From positions 10,272,283 to 10,336,282 of the forward strand of contig OZ316892.1 in the NCBI GenBank assembly GCA_973895155.1: 64,000 nucleotides of DNA, given 5' to 3'. A program made the translations under genes and the position numbers. The notes below the pieces were generated by a model. The model worked only from the letters and a program-made list of their open reading frames with translations, was not told the origin of the DNA and did no database searches. This stretch comes from Marsupella aquatica. Lineage: Eukaryota; Plantae; Marchantiophyta. Shown here in pieces: positions 39,901 through 52,700 of this stretch. Within the stretch, counting starts at the first letter, position 1; every line of letters begins with the position of its first letter.

Positions 39901-40576
39901 TTCCAAAGAGTCAGCATCCTCAGCTTTCAATTCACAAGTGAATATTGTACAAAGAGCACGGTAAGTGTGATCATAAACATGAGCACTGAAAGTGAGCCAA
40001 CCTGTTGTTATCCTATGCATCACGTCAAAACTCACCCATGCCCCCTCTAAAGTTCCTCCTCTTTGCATGCGACGGAGAATGTCAACACCTGAACCTGGAC
40101 CCTTGGTACTCATCTTGAACACATGAGCCCGGATGGACTTCCCAGCCTGTCCAGGGAACATGAACCTCTGAAGGAATGGAAATCTCACACGCGTTTGCAT
40201 CTCACGAAGTGAATCCAACTCACCTTTCTTGGGATTTCCTATCTTAACACTTCGAAAAATTGCATGGAACTTTGTCGGCGATGACACAACTTTCATTGAA
40301 TTCCACAATTCAACCTCCTCTTCTTTTGAAAGATCTTGGCATGACTCGGGATGCAAAAGCGATATCAATGTACCTATAGAAATGTTCTTCACCCTGGAGG
40401 GTGTTGCTAGTGGATGAGCTATCTGAACGCCTTGAATAACTTCTTCCGCTTTCTTCTTGGCAACTCGACACTTCCCCGTTCGAACTGGATGATCATGAAA
40501 TCCCATATGCACAGCAAGTCGAGACATATGCTTTGATATATGTGAATCCAAGGCCGGTTTTGCGTACACATAAAAC

Positions 40577-40968
40577 ATCTTTCATGACTTGTTGGACCAA
40601 GGAGTGGTCGTCTTTATTGACGACATGAGAAGTTGCTCAGAGAAGTGTTCTCTTGCCTTCGTAAGGCTCGTCTCTTTGCTAAACCTAGCAAGTGCGAGTT
40701 TGCGATGAACGAGATTCAATGGCCATACCTTTACCCGAAGGGGATTACGCCTAGTCAGGACAAGCTTAAAGAGATCAAAGAATGGGAGCGTCCATCCAAT
40801 GTAAGGCACGTTAGAGCCTTCTTGGGGTTTACGGGGTTCTATCAGAGATACATGAAAGACTGCAAGGATCGCAAGGCCCCTAAATGCGCTAATGTTGAAA
40901 AAAAAGTGTTTGTGTGGACACAGGATTGCGAGTTAGCATTCTTAGAACTCAAGCGGCTAATGATAATG
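40577..40968 (+). repeat. Duplicated chromovirus RT fragment (copy of ~58093-58522)
   Basis: Near-identical to 58093-58522 except for a 31-bp deletion between ACAT microhomologies, a 5-bp deletion, a 1-bp deletion and a few substitutions. Confidence 0.95.
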
Positions 40969-42030
40969 TGTGACACGGGTAACGTGTCACTTGACCGAAC
41001 CCAGGTCGTAGATTAGGACTTCTACGGTCATTAGGACCGTAGCTGTAGTGTAGAATAGCACGTATAGCCGTCTGTTGCCATTATGATTAGATTAGGAGTA
41101 GGTTAAGCTGATCGAATCATTACGAGTTCAGGAAGGGGATTATTACGCACGACCGAGGTACGGTGGCGGCAGCGGAGTAAAAATCAGCTAGAAGAATCAC
41201 GCTTGGACCGAGGCGCCGACTTCAGCTCGCTATCAATAACCAAAATGGCCTGGCCTTCTCACGCTCGGGCTCATCCTGGCACCTTCATAAGAGAGGAGCC
41301 GATGGTGCTGCGGGCCATTTGCTCATGTCTACCTTTCTTTGAATTCGCGGACGTTGCCACCCACTCGCCCTGCTGATCGAATCGAGTCGACCTTTACAAG
41401 GAGATTATCGAGGGAGAAGGCTTAGTTATCTCAGCAGAGGGAAGGTGAGGCACGGGGAGTCCCGGCCTGAGCAGGGTCAGAGTGCACCAAGGAGTGAGAG
41501 CCAGAGTCGAGCTTGTTGGGCAAGTGCGAGGCAGGGCCTCGTAGAGACTGGGCATCGACTGCCGTTGGGCATGCTGACCCCCTTTGAAGTCGAGTCAACC
41601 ATGTAAACTGATGCTCCACTGAGTAAATGTAGTCTTTTCCCCCTAATGTTTCTGCAAGTAACTGGTGTTGTGTGTATGCTTTGTCTGGGTAAAGGCGCCA
41701 TTTTAAGGGACGTACAGGGTGCGGACTAATGGTAGGGATTGCCACTCATTGTATGTCACAAGGTCCTGTCGTGTCGATGGCTTGAAAGGCCCCAAGCCGG
41801 GAGTTAGTCCGAGTCACTAACTGAGGGAATATTCCAGCGGTGGAAAACAAATATACCTATGACTAGTACGAATTATTCAGGTGTTATACCGGTAAGTATA
41901 TCGACTTAGCCCGACTTAGGGCTAATTGAGGTCACTACACACCTCCTTGCCCGAACCCTCACCCTTACTGGTGGTCGAGGTCGCACCATGGCACTAAACT
42001 GGATTTAAGGCCCAGGTTAGCGCCGCGACA
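40969..42030 (+). mobile_element. 5' LTR (1062 bp, TG...CA) of a non-chromovirus Ty3/Gypsy element
   Basis: Near-identical to 58523-59584. Preceded by TAATG and followed by a PBS-like TGGCGCTAGATGGAGGGG at 42048. Confidence 0.95.
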
Positions 42031-42144
42031 TACGGCGACCGGTTTTTTGGCGCTAGATGGAGGGGGCACTCATTTTGCCTTACCAGTGGAGCCGTGTAGT
42101 GAGCTAGTAACTTTTGATTTTGTACTCGACGTGTAGGAAGGGGC

Positions 42145-45100
42145 ATGCCCCTTACCCGGTCACGTTCTGCGTATTTACAACAACCGGACGGAGCATCAAG
42201 GTTGGAAGAGAATACCGCATCCGGCGAAGCGAGGAGCTCGGCTTCCCAAGCAGGATCGCGTGTTGTGATGGGTACCCAAGCACCAATGGCGGGAGGAACT
42301 CCACCGGTTCCACCAGCCCCGCAAGTACCAGGTGCGTTGCGGCCCCCTACGGCTCAGAACATGTCTCAGCGATCCCGGTTTCACTATCAACCCTTTAAGG
42401 GACGACCCACGGACGACCCTGATGAATGGATAGCTGAGTTCGAGGCCACGGCCAAGGCGAATGGTGAGGAAGCCATTAAGCTAACCATTCTTCCAGGCGT
42501 GCTACAAGGAGAAGCGCGCCCGTGGTATAACTTACAACCCCCGGGTTTCACATGGGGCCAGTTCCAAACGGCGTTCTTGCAAGAATTTCGGCCCGTCGGG
42601 ATCGAATCTCGGGCCCTGTCAAAAATCGGACGAATGCAAATGGGTAAGCATGACTCACTTCGCAAATTTCTGCAACGGTTCCAGAAGGTTGCCGCCAAGA
42701 TTCGACCTAAGCCAGATGACTCTTTGCTGAGGAAATGGTTCGTCAACGCGCTACCCCAGAGGATGGCGTTCTCGGTACTAGAAAAGAAGACCACCACTCT
42801 GCAACAAGCAATTGATAGTGCCGAATCCTTCAGGGAATCGCACTACGCCTCTCAGCTTAATCGGAGGACCAAGCATAAGAAGAGCAGGAGGTATCATACC
42901 TTCAGCGACTTTGACTCTGAATACGACGAGAAAAAAAGGAAGAAGAAATGACGACATAAGAGGAAGGGCCAGACCAGCTCTTTGTCAGACTCTGATTCAG
43001 AGTCTAGTGATTCCCTGTCCAGTAGCCCGACGTCAACTGGCTCATCCTCCAACGAGACCGAGTCAGAATCTCGAAACCACCGAAGAAAGAAGGGATCACG
43101 GTCAGATATGGGTAAACATAAACCGCGAGCCAAAGTCGTCACCACGGACCCAAAGGCTGCTGAGGTAGAAAAGCTGAACGAAATCACAGACCGGCTGAAG
43201 GCACTGTCGGTGCACTTGGCGGAAAAACCTCCGGACAAGAAGAAACCACCGGAAATCCGAGCGCATGCTTGGTGCTCCAAGTGTTATCAGTCGGGACATG
43301 TGGTGCAAGAATGTCCAAGATGGAACACTCGCGTGCACCAGATGGAGTTGGAGCCCGGACAGTCCGAGCCAGAGGGATGCACGATGGAGTACTTCTTCGA
43401 GGATCCAGGTGAGGCGGTGTTCCAGATGAGTATGACGGGACCTCGCACCCTAAGCGGCCACAATCCAGGGTTCCATACCCCTTATCCATACCCGGTGAAT
43501 GGGCGTGGCCCCCAGATGGTCAGCAATCCAAGTATCCCACCTAAACCCGGAGTTTGGACCCCGGTTTGCTATAATTGCGAGAAACCTGGTCACTTTGCCC
43601 GAGAGTGCACGGAGCAACGAAAGCAAGGGGATGGGAGAGCGCTTCCATTGTGCCAAGTCTGTCGAACCGAAGCACACTCCACGTCAAATTGCCCCTTGGT
43701 GCTAGCCGCGAAGGCCGGTGCCGTCAGAGCTGCTCAACCTGCGGCCCCACCAATTACGGATGCAGTAGTACAAATGGTAACAATGGAATGGCAGGACGAC
43801 TCCACCGAGTGGATCGACCTTATAGAAGCAGTTGAGCAAACGGGAACACACGCGGACGAGTGCTACCGCGTTTCTACTCGGTCGTCCCGCAAGAAGGACA
43901 AGTACAAAGAACGAGTTCGGAAGGATGCCCAACATAAAGAGGCGGTCCTGGATAAGAATGTTCCAATGGAACCCGACGAGCTAAAAGACTACCAGCGGGA
44001 TAACCCGAAGCTATTTTACCCGCGAGTAGAGGAACTGGTCAAAAAGCAATTGGAAGCCTACGAGGCCCAAGAGCACGAAAAAGCCATTAAGAAGGATATT
44101 GCCGATGCAAAGGCAATAGAAGAAGCCGAGGAAGCGGAGACTGCCTTGCAAGCTGAAGTCAAGGGACCAGAAGCATTAAAATCTGCGACCCCACCATCTA
44201 ACCAATACGACATCAAAAAGGATGTTCAGAACTGTGCAGCTACAGCCACTGTCGGACAACTATTACAGGATAACCCGAAGTATCGGCAACAACTCAAAGA
44301 GATGCTGATAGGAAACCCTGGGCCCTCAGCGTTACTAATGCAGGGAGGACGTGCGAACAACGCAAGATAATTTTTAATGTAATGCAAACTAATTTTTATA
44401 ATATTTTTTAAAGTAGGCAACATCCATGTATATACATTCATCACAATATTAGTAATAAGGCTCTTATCAAATACATGTCACATTAATCTTATGCAAGGGT
44501 GCCTAAAATGCCAAGGACACGTGTCACTATATGGTTGGCACACATGTCATCACTTCATTGGCACACATGTCCATATAGTAAATCAGACATTTAATTATTT
44601 ATCCTCTTAAGGCAAGTTTGGTTTCATGGGCTTGCATGGTAGACTTGTTTACCCGCATGTGTTAAGTTGAGAGTTAAGTAAATGTTGGGTCAGGATTTTG
44701 GGGCCCAACTCGTTTGGGTTCTGGGATTGATGGGGACCCATGAATCAATCCCACATAGACAAACAAGATTACTTTTGAATTCCCTCGAATCAAATGGCCA
44801 GGTATGAGGCCAGGTGTGTTTGTGTGTGGGGTGGTGTACTCCCTTGATCATTGGGTTGGGGGGGTACCCGGTGCTCACAGTTGTTTGATTGCAGATATGG
44901 CAGGAAAATTACCCACCATGTCTAAGTAACAATTTCAGCCAAAGGAGATTTGATGGTATTACTCTCCACAAATTTCAGTAGTCATTTTTTGTATTATTAG
45001 TACTTTGTGTCTAGAATATATATGATTAATGTGTGGTTTGATGTGTCAGGTTGCATGAAAGAAGTTGCCAAAAACTCTACTTATCATTTGGTGTTAATGG

Positions 45101-48100
45101 TTGATGTCATACCATTCTTAGTCAAGATAGAATAATTTAGCAATTGGAGTTTACATAAGTAGTATATATGCAATTATTCCTCCAGGACCAAGGATATAGC
45201 ATAGCATAATAATGCCTTTGTACTAGTTCAGTTTATCTCTATGAGGTCTACAAGTTGCCTGAGTTATAGTCATATACTCTAGGAAGAACTATAAATCTTT
45301 AGTATTAATTTTGTTATGATCTACATAAAATATGTACCGTGAACATCAGCGTAACATAATATTCCCCTATGCAAAATAGAATCTTTTATGTTTCAGTATG
45401 ATATTTACAATTTTTAAAAATTCAAGGGTTTTTTTAATTCCTTGAAAAACTTTGTTATAATTTACAAAAGGATAAATTTTTATAGGAAAAAATAATGTTT
45501 TTACATTAACAAGGGATTTTTTTTTGTGAACAAAAATATTAAGAAGGGGTACACGGGGGGTGTCTGTTCTCAGGGGGGTTCACTTAATATAGTAAGAGTG
45601 AGGGCCCAGGGATAGGAAAGAGGAGGCGACGGCTACCTCGGGTAAGCACCTTAGCCGACTGTATGATGATTTACCAGGACTTAGGAGCGCCGGAAGTCTC
45701 TATCGAGATAGCGGGTTGTACTGTTCGGTTTGTACCGGTAGACGGCGGGTCCGGTGTAAACATCATGACGGAAGACACTTCCGTAAGGTTGGGATATACG
45801 TCTTATCAACCCACGGCGCACGCCATTCGGTTAGCAAACGGCGCCAGGATCATGCCACTGGGGACGTTAACCAAGATATCCACGTGGATTGGAGGCCTCG
45901 AGTTTTTCCTAAATTACCTAGTGATGCGACCAGTTCGACCCTCTTCTTATCCAGTACTGCTGGGCAGACCCTGGTTATACGGTGTCCGAGTCGTGACTGA
46001 CTGGGGAAGGAAGGAATTACGATTCGGTAACCCGACTACGACGGTATCATGGAAGGAAGAAGACTACCAGGGCGAAACACCCCAGGGACCCGACGAATAT
46101 GACTCGGAGGAGGACATCTCAGAAGAAGAGGTGAATATGGTGGAGTTAATCTCTCTCCTGGATGAAGAGGAAGTCTTCGGGGTAAGTGTTGTCCGAGAAA
46201 CCCATTTTCTGAACCAGCCTAGGCCAGCAGCCCAAATCGAAACACCCGGGAGGCCAGAAGGAGATGATGCGGCAATGGGCGGGGCATTCCCCGGAGAAGT
46301 GAGCCCTACGAAGGCAGTTGGGCGGCTTGCCTTGCCCGGTTTACCTGAAGAAAACGCTACTCAGACCGCCACTCCTCCCACAAAGAAAAAGGTTACCTGG
46401 AGCCCCGAGATTCTGTCCGTAATAGAGGAACCCAAGGAGCTCCCAAGGGAGCGGCCGACAGTCTGGGGACCCATGGCCTACGATGGCACCAGACTAGAGG
46501 AATTGGAGGCTCATCTTGATCGGACCACGAGAGACCATGTGGATGTAATCCGCAAGGAGCACTATGGCAATTACACCACAAGGAGGGAGAGAACATTCAA
46601 CGTCGGTTATGGCCTACGAGCGCCAGAGGAAAAGGCCATCCAAGAAATCCTATCGGAATATGAGGACGTCTTCGCATGAAGTCACCGAGACTTAACCGGG
46701 ATTTCACCAGCCTACGGCAAACACGTCATTGATCTAAACTTGGGTGCTCATGCCGTCCGAGAAAGACAATGAAGACTAAACCCAAGACATTCCATCTTGG
46801 TAAAGGAGGAGTTAGATCAACTGATCGTGGCAGACATAATCTACCCCGTCTTATCTAGTGAATGGGTATCCCCCATTGTGGTGGTTCCTAAGAAGGTAGG
46901 GCTACTAGGACACCGAGTGTCCAAACGGGGGATCGAGGTGGACCAAGAGAAGGTGGCCGCGTGGATGAATGTCCCTTACCCAGCGGACCAGAAGGCGGTG
47001 CGATCCTTCTTAGGTTGCGTAGGGTACTACCGACGATTCATTCAGGATTTCGCTAAGATAGCCCTACCCCTCACAGAATTGATGAAGCAAGACGCGGTCA
47101 TAGAAATGACTCCCCGTCGAAAATCAGCCTTTGACGAACTAAAAAAACAGCTAACGATGGCTCCGATTCTGACTACCCCCGATTGGAACAAGGAGTTCCA
47201 TGTATATGTCGATGTGTCTGGGTTCTGCATCGGCTCAGTCCTAAGCCAATTGGACGACAAAAAATATGACCACCCCATTTACTTTGCGAGCCGACAACTG
47301 TTTGCCGTAGAGAAAAACTATTCGCCCATAGATCGGGAGGCCTTGGGGATCATCTACTCGTGCAAAAAGTTTCGCCATTATCTATTGGGGTATAAGGTGG
47401 TATTCCATACTGATCATGACAGCCTGAAGTACATGGTAAACAAAGCAGACTTAACGGGGAGAATAGCCCGTTGGGTCCTGCTACTCCAAGAATTTAACTA
47501 TGAAGTCAGGGTGCGACCAGGGAAAGCTCACGTAAATGCGGACTTCTTCTCGAGGATTGAAGGGGAATCGGACGACGCACCTGTCGATGATGCATTCCCG
47601 GATGAGGAGTTATTCCGCGTAGAAACGGACCAACTAACATGGTACGGGGACCTAATCACCTTCCTCTTAACGGCCCGCATTCCAAGTAACACAAACCAAG
47701 AGGCCACGTCGGTCTTTCTGCGCAAGGCCACACCATACATGATGATCCGCGGACATCTGCATAAGGAAGGCATCGATGGGAAGATCCGTCGATGCCTAGA
47801 TTATAACGAGACGATCATTGTCATGCGAGCTATGCACGAGGAAGAGGCAGGAGGACACTTCGCCCCGGTCACCACGGCTCACAAAATCTTGGACGTAGGT
47901 TATTGGTGGCCTACGCTCCATCACGACGTAGCCCATTTTATCCGAGGTTGCGACTTGTGTCAGCGTGCAGGCAAACCTCGCAGGTCGGGTAATCATCCTC
48001 TTACCCCGATCTTTCCCCTTGCCCCGTTTGAGAAATGGGGCATTGATTATATAGGACCTTTCACTCCGGTAACCCGAGGTCGGCGTTGCCGGTATATTCT

Positions 48101-48140
48101 TCTGGCTATCGACTACTCGACTAAATGGATCGAGGCCCGG
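42145..48140 (+). pseudogene. Ty3/Gypsy (Athila/Tat-like non-chromovirus) gag-pol, disrupted and 3'-truncated in integrase
   Basis: Retrotrans-gag (FKG...DPDEWI..FE, L.GEA..WY), CCHC knuckles (CSKCYQSGHVVQEC, CYNCEKPGHFAREC), protease VDGGSGVN, RT remnant (EWVSPIVVVPKK then LLGH), RNase H (FHVYVDVS, PIYFASRQL, TDHDSL) and integrase HHCC plus PFEKWGIDYIGP...KWIEAR, which ends abruptly at ~48140. In-frame stops at 42949 and 46677. Confidence 0.92.
44316..45611. mobile_element. Non-autonomous TIR element (1296 bp) inserted in gag-pol
   Basis: TIR CCCTGGGCCCTCA...TGAGGGCCCAGGG, extending imperfectly to ~22 bp. 8-bp TSD ATAGGAAA at 44308-44315 and 45612-45619. Removing it restores the frame MLIGK|RRRRLPRV. 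AT-rich non-coding interior. Confidence 0.93.
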
Positions 48141-49758
48141 AAACAAGCTCAACAATATCTCCAGACTTGACCTCCCAAACTCTTCCTCCATCAAGACTTC
48201 TTGGAATGAATTCATCCTTTCGATCACCATGAACAGAAACAAGAAAAAATAGCTTTGAGATGTAGTCACCATTCGTGATACCAAATCTCGTCAAGAGGAA
48301 TGACTCAGTCACCGGGGTGATCTTCCTCATGGAAGACACCTCCAAGTTAACAACATCACCATTGCTCCTTTGCCAGAATATGACCACCAAAGCCATCGAA
48401 TTGAGATGAAGAAACATTACCAAAGGTAGTGGTATAGAAGATATGTAAGAAAGTCCAAAAACTACATCTAACGGGATTAAATGTGAACGTTGAGGGAACG
48501 TTGAATAAACGACAAAATGTCCAACGGATACATCAAATCAAGGAGATGTAATATAGCTAGCGATGTCGCTAGCAAAATCCTCTCAATTTTGATTAACCAG
48601 TAGACATGTCATATTCTATATAGAGTGATCATTTAGAGACTATTTAGAGACCATTTAGGGACATGTAGGGTATGATTTCAGGGAATATTCTGTCAAGCCC
48701 TTCAATTTTGGGGAAAAGACAAAGGAAATATAGAAGATTAGTTTTAAAGACTACCTTTTGTCAAACTTCACAAACCAAAACCTTCAACTCAGAAAGAATG
48801 TATTGCCAGCGATCTTGCCTGCAAAAATCCAAACGGTCCTAGAGGATCCATTGAGTCAATGACTAATACACAAAGTTGTCAAATAAACCCTAGTTATCAG
48901 GTCAGCGATGTCGCTAGCAAAATCCCCAATATTCACCTTATCTCTTTGATGTAGTAAAGGTCAATATCCCTAATATTTTGGTGTCTTATTCAATACCCTA
49001 GTTAAGCTACCGATCTCGCTACCCATAATGGATGACCAGGAAACAACGAGTTAACAGATATTTTCCATCTCACATCTTTAATGTTTATACTTTCTTTAGA
49101 CAAATGTTGGTTTGGGGAAAGGCATTTAGAGTCCCTCAAAATTAAACAAGAATAAGAAACTCTTAAAATACCCTAAAACATTCTTGTGTGTTAATATATT
49201 ACCGTTGAAAATCTGATGTCCATTTGGAAAGCGATCTCGCTGGCTTAAATCTCAAACTTTAATGACCAGGAAATATATGGGTATGGTTTACTCATAAGTC
49301 TTTCCCAACGGTAAAATGGAAGGTTGGTCAATGTTAAAATTGATAGTTTCCGTTAACAACCTCTAAAGGGAACGTCGCATGGGGGTTAATGCTGAATATT
49401 ACGGTTATTCTAGTTGCTCAGGGTATTCATGACGTTCCAACTTCAACCGATGATGTTTAAAAGAGACTTGCATTTTTTTATTGCCATCTATGAGGGACGT
49501 TGGATTATTCCCTGTCAATGTCAGATATCCAGTTCACTGTATGTGGATTACTTAGGATTCTCCCTCTAATCCAACTTTGGATTCCGAGCTTGGTCCTTTG
49601 CTAATCTCGGTCGTCCTCCTCCGTTTTACTTTGGATACTCTCTCAAATGAGACTTTGGATACTCCCTCTAATCTGACTTTGGATACCAATTAGAAGTCAC
49701 CATACCCGCTGCAACGCTTCATTCGTGTGTTACTCCCTTCCATTTTCTTTATCAGCCG

Positions 49759-52700
49759 ATGGCAAATTTTGCATCACCAGAGTCTATCTCTTCTCAAGCT
49801 TCACAGTCTACAGCTTCTCAGTGTCGAGAGACAAGGTCTTCGACTACCAACAAGGCACTAGCTTCGGGTTTGAAGACACCTCGTCGAAGGAAACTTGTTG
49901 ATCCGATGGAGATTCTGCCACCACCGATGGAGTCTTCTAAGTCGGAACAGTTCTCCGTGGTGATCAATCGTCACCTCTACCACTTTGGGCCAAACAAATT
50001 TGGGTATCCCCTTGTTCCCCCTCGAATTCCACTGTGTAGGATGCAAAACATGCAGCTCGTCAGGTCGCTGCAGACTGATTCCAATGCAATCGAAACCCTC
50101 AAGAATGAGTTTTGAGCTCAGGGTTACATTGAGGACGCGCCCAGGTTTTACGTTCAGATGACGAACGAGAATGGTGAGGTTCAGTTCATCAATGACACCA
50201 TTCGAATGGGTTGGGATCCGATACGGGCGTTGCAGAACAAAGAGAGAGAGTGTGATTCTCATCCGAACTTTGCTGTATTGAAGGACAAAATGTTTTACGT
50301 TTTTGACGGTAATCATCGTCTATACTCGTGGAATCTGCTGGCCATCGAGAATCCACATGATATCAAATATCATCCTCGTGTTGTCACCAAGATTTTCAAA
50401 GGGGAGAAAGACACGTTTGTGCAGATTGAATCTGCAATGCATGCCCTGAATCGGTGAGCATCGGATCTGTTCTTATTGATTCAATGCTGTCTGTCACTTC
50501 ACATTTCGGGTTTTCTTATCTAGGATTTGTACTCGAAACATCTTTGATACTTTTGTTCATTGGCAGGCTCACTCAATGCCACGTTGAGAATTCATGGGTC
50601 CTTGAAGCAGATCGTGTCCAGAAGATACTGAACACGGACTTGTCGGTCTACAAGGATTTGATTGATGCAGACAATTTCAAGTTGTTCCAACAAAAGATGC
50701 AAAATGTGAAGAAACCCTCCTGGTATTCAAAAAAATGACCCTGGATGCTTGTATTTACATTCTTTCAGCTGCAAATATAGCTTCCCAAACTACGGATTTG
50801 CAGAAGAAGTTTTCTCTCAAGGAGGATCTTGGAGAACCTTTGTCAAAAGTTGCAAAGGACATTGCTCTACGAGAAATGATGAAGGAGCAACTATCTGATT
50901 GGAATGTTAAAGTTCCAAAAATTGCTCCTCTTCTCAATCCCGAATTCGGGGATTTCTTTGAGAAATGTGTGGAGATGCACAACTACTGTGAGAAAGAACG
51001 GAAGGAAGCACAAAGGACTGATGATAAAGGGAGAGGAAATGTCTCATGTGGTCTTGATCGAACAAGGCTTTTCACCGGGGTAACATCTCTCAGCCCACTG
51101 CTTTGTTGCAATCTACTTGAAGCGCAGTGCAAGCCCGAGCTACGGAAGCAATATTTTCATCCTGGGCAATTCTCAGATAGTGAGACTAAACTCTGGCTGC
51201 ACAGGTGGGCTACGTGGGAACAAGTAGAGTCGATTGCTAGATCTCTTTTGTCCGAAGCTATTTCAGAAATGATTCTAAGTTTCCCTGAATCTCGAGTTCT
51301 TTCAGCCTCAGAGAAGAACAAGGCATCACTTGTTCTTGATGTTAGTGATGATTTTGAGGACTTTTTGCAGCAAGTTAAATCCAGGTTTTTCAAGAGCATT
51401 TGGGCCCCAAAAGTAGGGGAAAAGATAGATATTGTCGCATTTCGGAGAAGGGCAAAAAGATATGTATACCGATTTTTTGTTGACCGGGAGGTGGCCAATA
51501 GAGCATTCTGGTGGTGTTACCCCGCGTGTTTCTCCCAGTGGGCTGAATATGTGACTGACGATTTAGGAAATAAAAAATGTGGTGACTACTCAATGTACCC
51601 TTGTGAAGACGTTGAGCCACTCCGGAAGATGAGTGAATGGGAGCAGAAGATGAGTGAATGGGAGGTTTTACACTGTCCATGGTACTTAGATTCAGAGAAT
51701 TGGTCACTGACATTTGATGGGACAGAGAAGCTTGCTTTGCAAAAGATAAATCGTGGGTTAGTCCCAGAGTTTTCTATTTCTGAATCAAAAATGCCCAGCC
51801 TCGAAGCAGTGCAGGCCGGGTGTGAGGCGATGGAGCAAGCTTGCCTTGGTGTTGCACCAATTGTTGATAGAAGCCGTTCCAGAAAATTGAAGAAGGACGT
51901 TGTGAAGGAGGTGTCGAAAGAGACCTCTCAGGTTTCCGGCAGGAGAAGTAATTGTGCTCATCGTCCTAACTCTCAATCGGCTTCTAATGTTTAGTCCTTT
52001 CTTTGCAAATTCTCGTTTTCTCAGGTTTTTGGTTCTCTTTTGTTTTCCAGAAAAGAGAAGATCGACTGGTTCAGAGAGTGTCCAGACTGTGCAGAATCGT
52101 GGGCGACAGGATCCCATTGAACCTGAATCTCCGGATTTTGAGATTGTGACGAAACCGATTGGTGATAAGCTTAAGAAGAAGAGAAAGGTTCAAGTGCTCT
52201 CAGATTCAGAAGATGAGGAAGGGTAGATCAGTGAGGGTGTGATGAGGATATGTGGACTTCAACTGGATGGGAATCAACATTTCTTTGCCAGGAGTAATTT
52301 GCGTTTCACTGCAGACTCAATTGCTTTGAAGAAAGTTCGACCTTCGTGGATGGGGGAGGGGGATCGTTGGCTGAGTGAGATTTTGAGTTCTTCAGAACAT
52401 CCGAATCCCCTAAGAATCAATGGCAAGCCTTACACCGGCACCAGTGCCCATCTTGGGTTCATTGCTCTTCCTACAGGACTAAGGCCTCGTGTTACTGATG
52501 TGAAGGTGCTAGAATGGAATGTTTGGATGGAGAAACTTCCTTATTACTTCTTCGGAGTCATGAGGCCGATGTTGTCCGATGATGGATATGTGGCTGTTCT
52601 CCATAGTGGAGAATTTAACCACATGAAGCAGATTTTTGCTGCCATTGAGCAGAAGAATAAATTCAAACATCTTCGCCAGTACCACGTTTTGTTGAGTAGC

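Larger units (their letters stand above)
37750..48423 (-). pseudogene. MULE DDE transposase with C-terminal SWIM zinc finger, split by the insertion at ~40577-48140
   Basis: N-terminal piece 48423-48141. Main part from 40578 down: H.G.HDHP (WRKY/GCM-like tail), WVSFD (D1), GFMADNA (D2), REHSDAFH (CxxH-equivalent), intron ~39492-39368, PNCTGAESVH (catalytic E, ~39318), GHGP, and SWIM CSCPDF...CKHILWV (~37870-37945). Several stops and frameshifts. Confidence 0.85.

Noticed and set aside
37750-40578. KDZ/Zisupton or host SWIM gene instead of MULE
   Set aside because: The 9-bp TSD, G-initiated TIRs and D..D..H..E spacing fit the Mutator superfamily, and I saw no CxC/KDZ motifs.
41431-41745. 104-aa antisense ORF conserved in both LTR copies (also 58985-59299)
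   Set aside because: Conservation only reflects LTR identity; non-ATG start and no domain.
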